Shown: positions 51,420-64,000 of the stretch, in pieces
Numbering within the stretch: the first letter of the stretch is position 1
Layout: every line of letters begins with the position of its first letter
Source of the DNA: Octopus sinensis
Lineage: Eukaryota
NCBI RefSeq assembly: GCF_006345805.1
Contig: NC_043000.1
Coordinates: 99,696,001-99,760,000 of the forward strand
Direction: 5' to 3'
DNA length: 64,000 nucleotides
Notes under the pieces: model-generated
The model's input: the letters and a program-made list of their open reading frames with translations, nothing else
Told to the model about the DNA's origin: nothing
Database searches by the model: none
Position numbers and translations under genes: made by a program

Positions 51420-51600
51420 TTTGTGTGTGTCCCCCCAACATCACTTGACAACCGATGCTGGTGTGTTTACATCCCCGTAACTTAGCAGTTTGATAAAATA
51501 GACCGATAGAATAAGTACTAGGCTTACAAAGAATAAGTCCTGGGTTGATTTGCTTGACTAAAGGCGATGCTCCAGCATGACTGACACAAGTAAAAGAGTA
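51218..51600 (+). mobile_element. SINE family A, near full length
   Basis: GGTTCCGGGTTCAGTCCCACTGCATGGCACCTTGGGCAAGTGTCTT through the tail. Confidence 0.85.
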
Positions 51601-52000
51601 ATAAAATAGTTAAAGGTTTCCAGACAATGCAGATTTGAGTGGATCTTAAACCTAACAGGAAAAGAAAACACTTACAGTGAAATTTTATTGGCACACAATC
51701 CTGTAATTGAATACCTACATCAGTGTTTCCTAGCCAGGGTTCCTTGCAACCCTAGGTGTCTTCAAGAAGTTTTTACTGATTGTACAGGAAATAGTGATAA
51801 ATGAGCTAGTTGTAGCCAATTGCATTTTTGAAAGTAGTTTTTATGTTTTTATACATGTTTTATCATTTGTTAATGTAGGAAACTCCTGGCATCTGCAGGT
51901 AGTCAGAAGAGTTTTCTAGGAAAAAAAAATGACTTCTTGTTTGGGAATTGGTGGGGAACTCAGTCTAAACATTTGCATGGTTAAGATGAGGTTTCTTTAA

Positions 52001-52526
52001 CCCTTTTGATATCAGCCTGCTCAAGACTGTCCCTTTTGGTTCTATAATACAGGAGTGGCTGTGTGGTGGTATGTAATTTACTTCTTAACCTACATGGTTC
52101 AGGTTCAGTCCCACTGCGTGGTACCTTGGGAAAGTGTCTTCTACTATAGCCTTGGGCTGACCAAAGACTTGTGAGTGGGTTTGGTAGATGGAAACTGAAT
52201 AAAGCCTGCTATATGTATATATATATGTTTACCCCCACCACCACTTGACAATCAGTATTGGTGTGTTTACATTCCTGTAATCTAGCAGTTCAACAAAAGA
52301 GATTGATAGAATAAGTGCCAATTTAAATAAAGAAAAATAAGTACTTGGGTTGGTTCATTCAATTACAAATGCCAGCGTGGCATCAGTCTAATGACTGAAA
52401 CAAGTAAAAGATAAAATTTAAACACTAACTTAATGATAAAGCTATTTTACCAAAATTCTTCATTGTTACCAAAATTAATATAAACTGAGGCAATGTATAG
52501 CAGCAGAAATGTAGTAACAAAAGGGG
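52001..52526. mobile_element. piggyBac-type MITE with a family A SINE nested at ~52051-52415
   Basis: TTAA|CCCTTTTGATA...GTAACAAAAGGGG|TTAA; TSDs at 51997-52000 and 52527-52530; termini resemble 13502-13721. Confidence 0.8.
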
Positions 52527-52634
52527 TTAAACAGTTTGTATGGCATTTGATGAATTTAAATGCTGCCAAATCTTTCCAAGATGATTTCATGATTTGTTTT
52601 ATTACATATTGATTTCAAGTGCAGCAGGTTTGGG

Positions 52635-52810
52635 GGAAGGACTCAGTTGATTAAATCCATCCCAGTGTTCAACTGGTACTTATTTTATTGATCTCGAAAG
52701 GATGCAAAGCAAAGTCGACCCTGGTGAAATTTGAACTCAAAACATGAGGATAGATGGAATGCTACTAAGCATTTTACCAGCACGCCAATGATTCTGCCAG
52801 CTCAGCACCT
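52635..52810 (-). mobile_element. SINE family B
   Basis: GAAAGGATGCAAAGCAAAGTCGACCCTGGTGAAATTTGAACTC...TTCTGCCAGCTC. Confidence 0.75.
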
Positions 52811-54766
52811 TTGTTTTATCACATGTTTGAAATTTATCTTCATGAAAGAGAAAACAAAATATTAATTTGATCAATTTTATCACCATGAATTTAGCATTCA
52901 CTTTTCCACACTAGCATAAATCAAATGGAATTCATTGAAGCAGATTTTTTATGGACAATTGCCCTTCCTGTTGCCAACCCTCACTTGTTTCAAAGTAAGG
53001 TCATATTTCCCATGGCTGGACATATTTTCATGGAAGTCTGATGATGAGGGACACTGCTTGTATGGTGGTGATATTCATTTATAACTATTGTGATGTTAAG
53101 ACAAGGAGGCTCATGCATGATGCATGCGTGCACACACACACACGAGGGGCTTTTTTCTGTTTTCATCTAAATCCATTCACACAATTTTGGTTAGCCTGGG
53201 GTTCTGTTTGAAGACATTTACCCAAGAGTCCCAAACCTCATGGTTGGGAAGGGAACTTCTTAACCATGCAGCAATGATTGCACCTTTTTATGTAAGAGTT
53301 CCTTGTGACATGAAATTTATTTCAAGTGTTCTCCAAAATGATTAAGTTAGGAAACATTATTCTTCAGGGTCACTGTTGCTTGAGCTGCTAGAAATAACAG
53401 TCTAAGTTTCTCTCAAATTACACCCTGCTATCTTCAAAAGTGGAAAGACTCATTTGGTTATATAATTTTTTAAAGAAAGCCTGGATGGTCAAAGCTGAGA
53501 TTCTTACCACCCTAAATCTGATCAGATTAATGCTCACCTAAATCTAAGTAACAACTATCATACACCTACAGCTTTAACTGTAATACAGAAGGGAGCCTCT
53601 GCATGGTTGATCGGCCTGCTAAAATAGCAAATAAATCTACCTCATAATCACAACTTATCATTAAATAAAAAAGTCAGAATGCATTAACTATTGTAGTCTG
53701 TGGTACACAATGCCTGAAAAACGAGTGAAAGAAGTTAGGGATTATTGTGTCTGCTATAACATTAATCATAAATCTATTCAATCAGAGCCAACTCTGGAGT
53801 TAAAAAACAACAACTACAACCATCACCAATGATCCATGATCAGCTCTTGCAACAAACAGCATTTAACTACACCCATCTCTCATTGCTACCCACAATTATT
53901 GTTTTCAAACTTGCTCCCCACCAACCTCCATCTGTTTGTCTTCCTTTCTTTTCTTTCAATGGTTCTATCAGTCAGTCTCTTTTTTTTTTCCTTCTTTCCT
54001 TCTGTCTGTCACTTTTTTCTTTCCTTCCTTTTTTTATTTCCTTTTTCACAAAGAATGAGGCAAGGCGGGCATGTTCGAGTGATTCTTCAAGGTTTTTTTT
54101 ATTTAAAAATTGAATGCAGCCCAGGCTACACACACACGCAGCCACACTGACTGTCTCTCCCACTCTCTTTCCCTTCATTCTCCGTCACATTGTAACACTA
54201 TTGGTTGGCTGGCCAGCTGGCGTGTTAGCTGACTGCAGTTTGCATCTAACAGATCTTTGGGGGTTATTGACATGTTCAGATAACTTTGGTGTACTTCTAC
54301 ATGCATGCACATAGCCAACAAATAACTACACACAAGATTCATCTATATCCACAAACATGAAAATATATTCATATGCATATATGTGTGTGTTTGTGTAAAG
54401 TTATATAGAAAAACAAGTCCAACAGTAAAGTGAAGGATCACTCAATAGTGTAGCTCTGTCAATATTTGTTTTTTTATGATAAAAGGTTGGCAATGACTTT
54501 GATTTTCTTGTCATTATCTAAATGTGGCCTTAGAGTTTTACTTGGTGGTGGCAGCAGCCGATCATCTGGTGGGTGGAGCAATGCATATGCAAATGAGGTT
54601 GTAGTGTAATGTAAATGAGGTTGTAGAGAGAAAGAATTGGTTGTATAAGAATCGGAAGGAAGGAGGAGAGGCAAAAAGTATGTGTTTGTGAGGTGGTGGG
54701 AGAGGAAAGGATGTTGAAGACAGCTTTTCTAGTTTTGACAATGAAATGGTTGTGGTGGTTTGATAA

Positions 54767-55475
54767 CACTGGACGACAAAGATTTTGCTACTTGGGTAAA
54801 AGCATGTGATTTAGACTAAATCAAGAATGCTGATTCCGAGTCCACACTCAGAATTGTTCAAGCATGTCAGGATTTTGAGTTATGCATATGCACAAGATTA
54901 TAACTATACTTTCGGCTAGTAGAGGCCATATTATAAAATTTGCTAAAATGAAAGCGGGCTTAATTCAAAATTAAAGAAATAACAGCAATAAAATAAATGA
55001 TGAGAAAGTTCATTATTTAGTTTAGTAATAGATGGCACTGATATATTGTGTGCAAGCACCAAATATGTCAGTTTGCTCTTGGTAACTCTCAGTGTCATTT
55101 GCGCTGCTGTCATGTGTGGTGTGTGTATCTCTTGTTCTGTGTGATTATTGTTTTAACTGTGTTCATTGTGTTAGATCATGAATAGGAGAGACAGTGTGAA
55201 TCATCCAGACAACTTTTGTTATGTCTGTGGAAAATTTGCTCCGTGTGAGCAGCAGAAGAACATTGCCACCAAATTAAAAACTGCCTGTAAATATTATTTC
55301 AGGTGTAAAGTTAGGGACCAAGACAAGAGGTAGGCACCTCATATATGCTGCATCATGTGTTACTCAGGGCTTAGACAGTGGCTGAATGGAAAACAGAAGG
55401 GAGTGCCTTTTGCTGTACCAATGGTATGGCATGAGCCAACCAATTCTGTCTCTGATTGTTACTTTTTCATTACTA
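54767..55475 (+). mobile_element. Chapaev3-like (CMC) DNA transposon, 5' portion
   Basis: Begins CACTG; hand translation from ~55178 MNRRDSVNHPDNFCYVCGKF...YFRCKVRDQDKR*APHICCIMC...WLNG...FAVPMVWHEPTNSVSDCYF matches the Chapaev3 N-terminal Cys-rich motif as recalled. Confidence 0.65.
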
Positions 55476-55923
55476 ATCAGTGTACTCAATTTAGTTTAGT
55501 ACAGCAACCATTTGTCTGGGTAGCAGATAATAATTTTGTTTTTGTTGCTCAGTGTAATAATGCTGAGTTGATTATATTTAGTATAAGGGATTGTTGTTTG
55601 TTAATATGTTATTGTATGGGTTCAGATGACTATGATTGTGAAACAGGTTGCAAAAGTAGATTCATAGAAGCAATTGTTAGGTTGATAGACCACATCAGGT
55701 AAGCATTTGTGTTACTTGAAAGTCCTCTTAGATATATTTGAATTTCTTAAAATGTTTGTTTGAGTAATAGGTTAGAGTTTAGAATTATGCAATTTTTAGG
55801 CAGAATAGAAAAATATTTATTTGTATAATTGTGACAGATTACATTTGTCATGGTTAAAGGTTTAACATTAACCACTAAATCAGATTACTAAGTATATTTT
55901 CAACTGGTTTCAAATGTTTCAAA

Positions 55924-55964
<41 letters not shown>

Positions 55965-56509
55965 TGTGTGTGGTGTGTGTGTGTGTGTGTGTAATTGCTG
56001 AAAAGAGAAATTGAACAGTGTTTCAACTCTGTGTGAGTATGTGTGTGTATGTACATGGGAAATATGTGAGAGTTTGTATGTGTGAACTTGTATTCTTTCA
56101 GTAACAAACAATGATTGATAGCATATCTCAAAAGACAACCACTAGATAACATTGACAAGTGTATTAGTTTGATTTACCATCTATATATATTTATTATAGT
56201 AGATACTACAATTAGCCGTCATTTTTGATGGCTTGGGATCAGCTTGTATTTAGTAGTTTTGGACTAATGAGTATTTGTCAGTGTGTTGAAGTGTTGAGTA
56301 GAGCACTGGCACAGTTTGGGCTACCTGGTGTCATCCACAGTCGGGTGTGTTTCCTTTGGATCTACTTCAGGAATTCCAAAGTGTTAGTTGGGATTAACTG
56401 GATGGGTGGGTGGCATGTACGAGAGAAAGTGTGTGTGTGTATATGTGTACATGCATGCTGATCTAAGCTAGCTTGCTAAACATCCTTTCACCCACTAGAT
56501 ATTAGAGCT

Positions 56510-56570
<61 letters not shown>

Positions 56571-56682
56571 CTTCTTCTAATACCATTCCTCTGTCTTAAA
56601 GCCAATGTAATTCAATCCATCCCTATCCATCCATTAACTTACCCTATGAACTTTTTTCTTTTAACCACACACCCATACCCAC

Positions 56683-56885
56683 TTATTACTTCCACCTTAG
56701 TGAAGGTGGAGGTATTGTTTTCAGTTGTGTTTGTTTGTTTGTTTGTTTGTCCTTGGACAAGGTATCTCAAGAACTGCTGGATGGATTCAGATGAAACTTT
56801 CAGGGATGTTTAGCCTTGTGAGTGGCACAAACTGATTAGATTTTGAGATAGATCTGGACAAGGATTCTGGATTATTTTTCTGTTT
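56683..56885. mobile_element. Non-autonomous Helentron-like (HINE) element
   Basis: Terminal hairpin TTCCACCTT-AGTG-AAGGTGGAG next to TTATTAC, a (GTTT)n tract and GGATTCAGATGAAACTTT. Confidence 0.55.
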
Positions 56886-56914
56886 GTTTTACTTAATTTT
56901 TGTCCAAAACAACA

Positions 56915-57110
56915 CTGGTTGTCAAGTATTGGTGGGAAACACACATGCACGCATGCACACACACACACGCACACATGCTGGGCTTCTTTCAGTTTCTATC
57001 TACTGAATTCACTCACAATGCTTTGGTCAGCCCAGGACTATAGTAGGAGACACTTGCCTAAAGTGCCATGTGGTGGGACTGAACCCAAGACAACATCGTT
57101 GGGAGATATG
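56915..57110 (-). mobile_element. SINE family A, partial
   Basis: GGGCTTCTTTCAGTTTC...GACACTTGCCTAAAGTGCCATGTGGTGGGACTGAACCC. Confidence 0.7.
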
Positions 57111-57236
57111 CTTGCACCTATGTATGCATTAAATATATGCCTGTGTATCTTTATTTGTATCCTTGTATATACATGTAGGCATCCTCATAGTAAGGATTTG
57201 CTTCTCTAATATCCTGTGTTTGCCTTTGTTTGTGTT

Positions 57237-57465
57237 GGCGAGCTGGCAGAAACGTTAGCACGCCGGGCGAAATGCTTTGCTGTATTTCGTCTGCTGCTGC
57301 ATTCTGAGTTCAAATTCTGCCGAGGTCAACTTTGTCTTTCATCCTTTCGGGGTCGATAAATTAAGTACCAGTTATGCACTGGAGTCGATGTAATCGACTT
57401 AATCCGTTTGTCTGTCCTTGTTTGTCCCCTCTGTGTTTAGCCCCTTATGGGTAGTAAAGAAATAG
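57237..57465 (+). mobile_element. tRNA-derived SINE family B, full length
   Basis: GGCGAGCTGGCAGAAACGTTAGC head, GAGTTCAAATTC B box, TTTCATCCTTTCGGGGTCGATAAATTAAGTACC body. Confidence 0.9.
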
Positions 57466-58489
57466 ATCTTGAATGTTAGAATTTCAGACATGAGAGGTGG
57501 CTGCAGTTGTTTGAAATTTGAATCTTAAGAAATAGGGTGTGTTCTGACCATCTGGAAGGACTATTATTTATTTTGCTTGCCCCCACCAATTTCTATGCAT
57601 GTACCTATCTACCTGCCTAGCTGAATGACTCAGCTGTTGCACTCTCTCTTTATGGTTGAGCAGTTAAGAGTAGTCGCTGTTGGAGTAGTAGGAACAGGAG
57701 CCATCCATCCAGTTTGTATAACAGTTTTGTTCTGATTATGTGTGTGTCTGTCTGTATGTATGTGTATTCATTTAATATCAAAACAATTTTGTTAAAACCC
57801 ATCCCATTCAAACTAGCAAAATATGAAAAGTTGTGCTTAAAATCTGTTTCTATGCAATTCAGAGAACAAAGCATTTTACACTACAATGGATGTTTATATA
57901 TATATATATATATATGAAAGAAAGGGTACCCAAAATATTTAGTACAAATTACATGTATTATTTAAAACAGTTTCATCTTGCTCCGTGCCTTTTCAAGTTT
58001 CACAGGCCCCGAACGGGAACCTTTTCTAAAGGAGTTAGGCTCTCATTAGGGGCCTGCAAAACTTAAAGTAGCACAGAACCAAATCAAGCTGTTTTAAATA
58101 ACACACACGCACATGCACGCTCTCTCACACACACACACACACACACACATGCACACAAAAGTTTCTTCAGTTGCCATCTACCAAATCCACTTACTACGTT
58201 TTGGTCTGGAGCTAAGGAAGAAAACTCTTGTCCAAGGTATCATAATACATTGGAACTGAACCTGAAATCATGTCATTCAAAAGTACTCTTCTCAACCACA
58301 CTGCCAAGTTCACACCATACACACACCTGTATATGTATCTATATCTGTCTGTCTGTCAATCTATCTATCTATCTGTCTATCTCTCTATATATGTGTATGT
58401 ATATACATTTATATGTAAGTATATAAATGTGTATGTATGTATATATGCATATATATTTATGTACATTCATGTATGTACATCTGTGTGTG

Positions 58490-58527
<38 letters not shown>

Positions 58528-58756
58528 TATATGTATATATACATATTTTTTATTATGTGTGTGTCTGTGTGTATATATATATTATATATATATGTCTGTG
58601 TGTATATATTTATATATATATATATATATTATATGGATATGTATATTGATTGATGTATATATACAGATATACATATCTATATCTGTCTCTATGTATGTGT
58701 TGTATACCTATGTATATATATATATATATATATAATATAGATATATATATATATAT

Positions 58757-58849
<93 letters not shown>

Positions 58850-58853
58850 ATAT

Positions 58854-59244
58854 ACTAGCAGTATCCACCCAGCGTTGGTCGGGTTTGTTTTCTTTTGACC
58901 CTTTAGAATTGGAATTTTTGAAAAGTAGAAATTTTGCATTATGTAGCTTGTTATTCTCTTTAAGTGAACATTTTTCTGGTTGAAATACACTGAAAAATGG
59001 CGACACAGCAGTAAAAAAAATCGTGAAAAATAGAGATTTTCATAGAAAAAAAGCACCTTTTTGGTGTAAATAATTTTGGGTTTTAACATGGTCCGATTTG
59101 AATTTTATCTTGTACGGAATAAAGAGCAAGCCTTCTTCTATCATACTCTCAATTTTGGTCAACTTGTGCCGTAGGGTCACGGAGGAGATAGTGTTAGTTG
59201 AAGGCTACCAAACCTGCTATACACAGACAACTTCATCTTTATAT
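58854..59244 (+). mobile_element. HINE/Helitron-like non-autonomous element 1
   Basis: 5' ACTAGCAGTATCC plus hairpin ACCCAGCGTTGGTCGGGT; 3' ACAGACAACTTCATCTTTATATAT. Confidence 0.7.
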
Positions 59245-59248
59245 ATAT

Positions 59249-59621
59249 ACTAGCAGTATCACCCGGCGTTGCTCAGGTTTGTAAGGGAAATAACTATAAA
59301 GCATTTTTAGAGAGTTATAGCAAAAAAATAGCAAAAAAATGGAAAAAAATTATGGTAAATTTTTTTGAGTTAAAAGGTAGAGTTGCGTCCCCATGACAGT
59401 TTGTGGTTTGTGTTTCTGATTCTCGACCCCATGTCGAATTTATCGATTTTTTTCAGAACTGGGGAACTTTTCAAAATTTTCGCTGCGTTAGTTTTGAATT
59501 ATGACATTGGGCTATGTGTGTCTCAAGTTTCATCAGAATCGGTTGAAAGCCGTGGTCAGGGTGAGGGTACAAGCAAACAGACACACAGAAACACGCACAG
59601 ACAAACTGCGCCGTTATATAT

Positions 59622-59627
<6 letters not shown>
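59249..59627 (+). mobile_element. HINE/Helitron-like non-autonomous element 2, in direct tandem with element 1
   Basis: 5' ACTAGCAGTATC plus ACCCGGCGTTGCTCAGGT; different body; 3' ACAGACAAACTGCGCCGTTATATATAGAGAT. Confidence 0.7.
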
Positions 59628-59660
<33 letters not shown>

Positions 59661-60112
59661 ACACACACACACACACACACACACGTAAATTGTTGTTCGT
59701 TATAATTTAACATAAAAACAAACATTAATACACACGGTCCACACACATATATGTTGTGTATATATATACAATATATATATATTATATCTATATATATATA
59801 TATATATATATACAGAGAGAGAGAGAGAGAGAGAGATACATATATACATATATGTAAATATATATATATATAATTTTTCCAATAATAAAACCATATATGA
59901 CTTGAGATGTTTGTCTTGCCTTAACATTTGTTCACTCTTTTACAATTATATATCTGCTTTATAGGAAATCTACAATAGCTCCATAACTACCATTCCGACT
60001 ATAACCTTGGAGTCCTAGTAATCTGTTATAGCATAGCTTTTCATTTAGATTGCCTGTGAGCTAAACCCCATTACTTTGTATATATATATATATAGACATA
60101 TATATATATGTC

Positions 60113-60145
<33 letters not shown>

Positions 60146-60365
60146 ATGTGCCGGCGGCACGTAAAAAGCACCTACCGATCGTGGTCGTTGCCAGCCTTGC
60201 CTGGCATGTAAAAAGTACCCACTACACTCACGGAGTGGTTTTTTGTTAGGAAGGGCATCCAGCTGTAGAAACACTGCCAAATCAGAGCCTCCTGGCTTCC
60301 CAGACCCTGGGCAAACCGTCCAGCCCATGCCAGCATGGAAAACGGACGTTGAACGATGATGATGA
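60146..60365 (+). mobile_element. Family E RTE-associated tail
   Basis: GTGCCGGCGGCACGTAAAAAGCACC...GGAAAACGGACGTTGAACGATGATGATGA. Confidence 0.85.
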
Positions 60366-60678
60366 CATATATATACACACTCACACATATATACATATAA
60401 TGCTGGTATACATATATATGTACATACATATGTATAAACATATGAAAGTTAGATAAGGCTGGTTTATGGGATTATGTCCATAAAGGGCCTGGCTTTAGAT
60501 TTCTTAAGGTAATCCCATAAACTGGCCTTATCTAACTTTAATATATACTGCTCTATAACTTAAAGGGTACTTTTTTTTTATTAATGTTCACAGATGATAT
60601 ATATATATATATATATATAAATACCTACACTTAAATAGATACTTGTATGTTTTTATTTATTTATTTATTATTTTATTT

Positions 60679-60778
60679 NNNNNNNNNNNNNNNNNNNNNN
60701 NNNNNNNNNNNNNNNNNNNNNNNNNNNNNNNNNNNNNNNNNNNNNNNNNNNNNNNNNNNNNNNNNNNNNNNNNNNNNN
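60679..60778. other. Assembly gap (100 N)
   Basis: Run of N. Confidence 1.
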
Positions 60779-60862
60779 AGGCTTACACATGTGGGACAAG
60801 TTTTAACCAATATTGTTTCGGCTTAATACTTGAAAGAAAGGAGACTATGTGTATATTTATTC

Positions 60863-61170
60863 TTAACTAACAGAATAAGAGGTTTAATGTTGTTTTACAC
60901 CTCATAGACGAAGAAACTCTGTGTTAACTAAACAGAATAATTGTTTTAAAGTTGTTAATTAAACTAGATAGAATAAGAGATTCTGTGTTAACATCACGTT
61001 AAGATTTAATATTTATTAATTAAATCAAATTGAATAAGAGCTTGTGTGTTAACTGAACAGAATAAGATATTCAATGTTGACTAAACTAAACCAAAAAAAG
61101 TGATTCAGTTTAATCAAACAAAATTAAATTAAACAGAATATGAGATTTAATGTAGACTAAACAGAATTTT
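60863..61170. repeat. Degenerate minisatellite, ~26-37 bp unit TTAACTAAACAGAATAAGAGATTT
   Basis: CAGAATA/GAATAAGAG cores near 60871, 60933, 60970, 61032, 61058, 61134 and 61162. Confidence 0.7.
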
Positions 61171-62134
61171 GTTTTATTATTGTTATACGTTTTATGATGT
61201 ACCTACTAAAAAAAAAAAAATGATTTTCTTTAGGAGTGGGAGGTACTGCATGGTTTATTACAAAAATTTCATTTTTTGTGTAGATTTTTTAATATTATAA
61301 TTGAAAAAAGGTAATGATTCCTCCTTCCAAACTTCTGGCCCTTTCCCTTTTTTTTTCTTCTCATTATGGCTTGCATGACATCATCAAAAATCCCTCCAAT
61401 CACTGTGATGCATATATTGATAACCAAAAGCAAATAATGGAATCTCCCCCTCTATCTCTTTACATTATCACTTAGCTGCCTAGGGGGTGGAAAAAAAGGC
61501 ATCAGTTTAATCACTTACAATTCAGATCCCAACTGCCTTTAAGAAAAAAAATGCAGGATTGTCACAACTGGTGCTCCTGTTATTAAAAACTAAGTACCTT
61601 TAATCAAAAACATTCTTCCATAAAAATTTAGTTTCAGCAGAGTTGATTGAGAACTAAATGACAATAGCAACAATAACACTACTTTCTAAGATAAGAGAGA
61701 AATACTGTAAAGCCCTAAACATCAAACAAAATACAGATGTCTAATATATATGCCTATTTTAGACAAAATTCAACTTGAGCCAATGAGGGAGCTCTCTGTA
61801 TAATTTTTTCTGGGAGAAAAAGTAGAAGTGAAATCTTCCTCAAATGATAGCATATTATTTTAAATGTTGGGTAATGTACACCGTGGTCAGAAAATTGAAG
61901 ACAGGAGTATCATGGCCAGTAAGCCTTTAATCGTAGGTTAGCTCGATCAGGGCTAACTTTGAGTTAAACATGTAGCAATATTATTTAGCTTGATATAAAA
62001 CAGTCTTCCCATTCTCATTCAAGAGGGAGAGAATCATAATTTTGCTCCAGTCATGACTTTCTGAAGGATATTCCTGGTAATATTCTTTTCTACTTTAGGA
62101 AAAAGGCTTGAAATTTTGCTGGGAGGGGGTTAAA

Positions 62135-62297
62135 CAAATTACATTGCCTCTTCAACTAGTACTTATTTTTATCTACCTCAAAAGGATGAAAGGCCAAGTC
62201 AAACTTCAATGAAATATGAACTCAGAATATAAAGAGACAAAAGAAACGCTGTCAAGCATTTTATCCTGAGCCAGTAATGATTCTGCCAGCTCACCAC
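62135..62297 (-). mobile_element. SINE family B, old copy
   Basis: AAAGGATGAAAGGCCAAGTC...GAACTCAGAAT...TTCTGCCAGCTCACC. Confidence 0.65.
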
Positions 62298-62980
62298 ATT
62301 AATTTTACTGCTAATTATGATGGGAAATATCTGGAAATGAAGAGTGGGTTGGGCTTACAGCTGGCTGATTTGCAGAGATCCTAGTTTTGTGTGGAGTTCA
62401 TCTGAAGTCAGGCCTATTCCCAGAGAACAGGCCTTACTTGCTGGCCTTCTAACAACAGGGAGATTGTCATGTTTAATGTCCTTGGTAACCCAGCTGAACA
62501 AAGCTGCTCTGTCTTTCTGTTGATGTTGATGTTTTTGTTCAACCGTCGTTCAACCCTGCTACAAAAATCCTACAATCAAAGTAGTTACAGCCATAACCAT
62601 CCCATCCTTTTGTTCCGGTGTTGTATATCTAGGTTTATATTATCCAATGTTTTCCTCTTTTTAAAGAAAGTAGGCGTTGCAATGCAAGAGAGACATGTTT
62701 GGTGTTTCTTGCTGGTCAGTATATCACGAAAAGCCTGCCCTATCGGCTTGCCATATCACCGTTTTAAGTGAAGGAGGTCCCTTCTGCAATAGCATCTACA
62801 GTATTTAAGGAGGGCTTTCAAAGTTTACTATCACTACCACACCCCTTCTTCTGATATAAAAATGAGACTCTGTGTGTTTGTGCACACACACACATATATA
62901 TATATATATATAGATGCATTGGCTTATTAGAAATTTTTCAACCGAAAGGCACACACACACACACACATATATATATTACA

Positions 62981-63030
<50 letters not shown>

Positions 63031-63068
63031 TATATATGTATATAGCTTATATATGTGTATGTATATGC

Positions 63069-63105
<37 letters not shown>

Positions 63106-63192
63106 ATATATATGCACATATATATGTATATATGCTTATATATCTGTATGTATATGCATATATATATATATATATATATGCATATATATATG

Positions 63193-63400
63193 TTGTGTAT
63201 CTGTGTTTGTTCCCCCGGCATCGCTTGACAACCGATGCTGGTATGTTTAGGTCCCTGTAACTTAGCAGTTCGGCAAAAGAGACTGATAGAATAAGTACTA
63301 GGCTTACAAAGAATAAGTCCTGGGGTAGATTTGATTCGACTAAAGGCGGTGACCCACCATGGCCGCAGTCAAATGACTGAAACAAGTAAAAGAATAAAAG
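63193..63400 (+). mobile_element. SINE family A, 3' half, well preserved
   Basis: CATCGCTTGACAACCGATGCTGG...GCAGTCAAATGACTGAAACAAGTAAAAGAATAAAAGAA. Confidence 0.9.
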
Positions 63401-63446
63401 AATACATGTGTATATGTATATATGCACATATATATATTGTATGGTA

Positions 63447-63477
<31 letters not shown>

Positions 63478-63555
63478 TATATATATATGTGCATATATAT
63501 TATATATATATATATATATATTATATTATATATATATGTGCATTTATATATATAT

Positions 63556-63588
<33 letters not shown>

Positions 63589-63761
63589 TTTAATATGTGC
63601 ATTATATATAATATATATCTATATATATATGTGCATATATATATATATATATATATATGTGCTATATATATATATATATGTGCATATATATATATATGTG
63701 CATATATATATATATATATATGTGCATATATATATATGTGCATATATATATATATATATGC

Positions 63762-63799
<38 letters not shown>

Positions 63800-63867
63800 T
63801 TTATATATATATATATATATGCATTTATATATATATTATAATATATAATATATAATATATGCATTTA

Positions 63868-63902
<35 letters not shown>

Positions 63903-64000
63903 CATTTATATATATATATATATATGCATTTATATATAATTATTATATATATAATATATATATGCATTATATATATTATATATATATATATATGTGCATA
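63400..64000. repeat. (TA)n compound microsatellite with GTGCAT/GCATTT punctuation
   Basis: Direct reading of the sequence. Confidence 0.95.

Noticed and set aside
54474-54769. Overlapping minus-strand ORFs that might be a Penelope or LINE relic
   Set aside because: No diagnostic motif could be recognised.
60863-61170. CRISPR-like repeat-spacer array
   Set aside because: The context is eukaryotic, the repeats are degenerate, the spacers resemble each other, spacing is irregular and there are no cas genes.
62469-62771. 100-aa plus-strand ORF
   Set aside because: No recognisable domain in any frame; probably a decayed repeat.

Overview
AT-rich eukaryotic DNA packed with (TA)n/(CA)n/(TG)n microsatellites and interspersed repeats, with a 100-N gap at 60679-60778. 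The repeat complement (several tRNA-derived SINE families, RTE LINE tails, Penelope, mariner/Tc1/maT, TTAA MITEs, Helentron-like elements) looks like a coleoid cephalopod, most likely Octopus; this is an inference and was not searched. I found no confidently identifiable host protein-coding exon, rRNA, true tRNA gene or CRISPR array, and nearly all track ORFs are microsatellite artefacts or antisense to transposons. Recognisable coding relics are a TIR-complete mariner (44025-45296), an RTE reverse transcriptase with an internal PHD-like finger (30690-32110), a Penelope RT-thumb/GIY-YIG relic (12870-14275), and maT, Tc1, Chapaev3-like and R4-like fragments. The most unusual element is a ~470-bp palindrome (5525-5993) made of two divergent tRNA-like Pol III heads, each running into a minimal hammerhead-ribozyme-like motif of the Penelope type. 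Other leads are two G-U-rich hairpins, three repeat-free CpG-richer islands with promoter or first-exon signatures, and an unidentified coding relic present twice. All coordinates, alignments and translations were done by hand; repeat ends are approximate unless a TSD or TIR is quoted.
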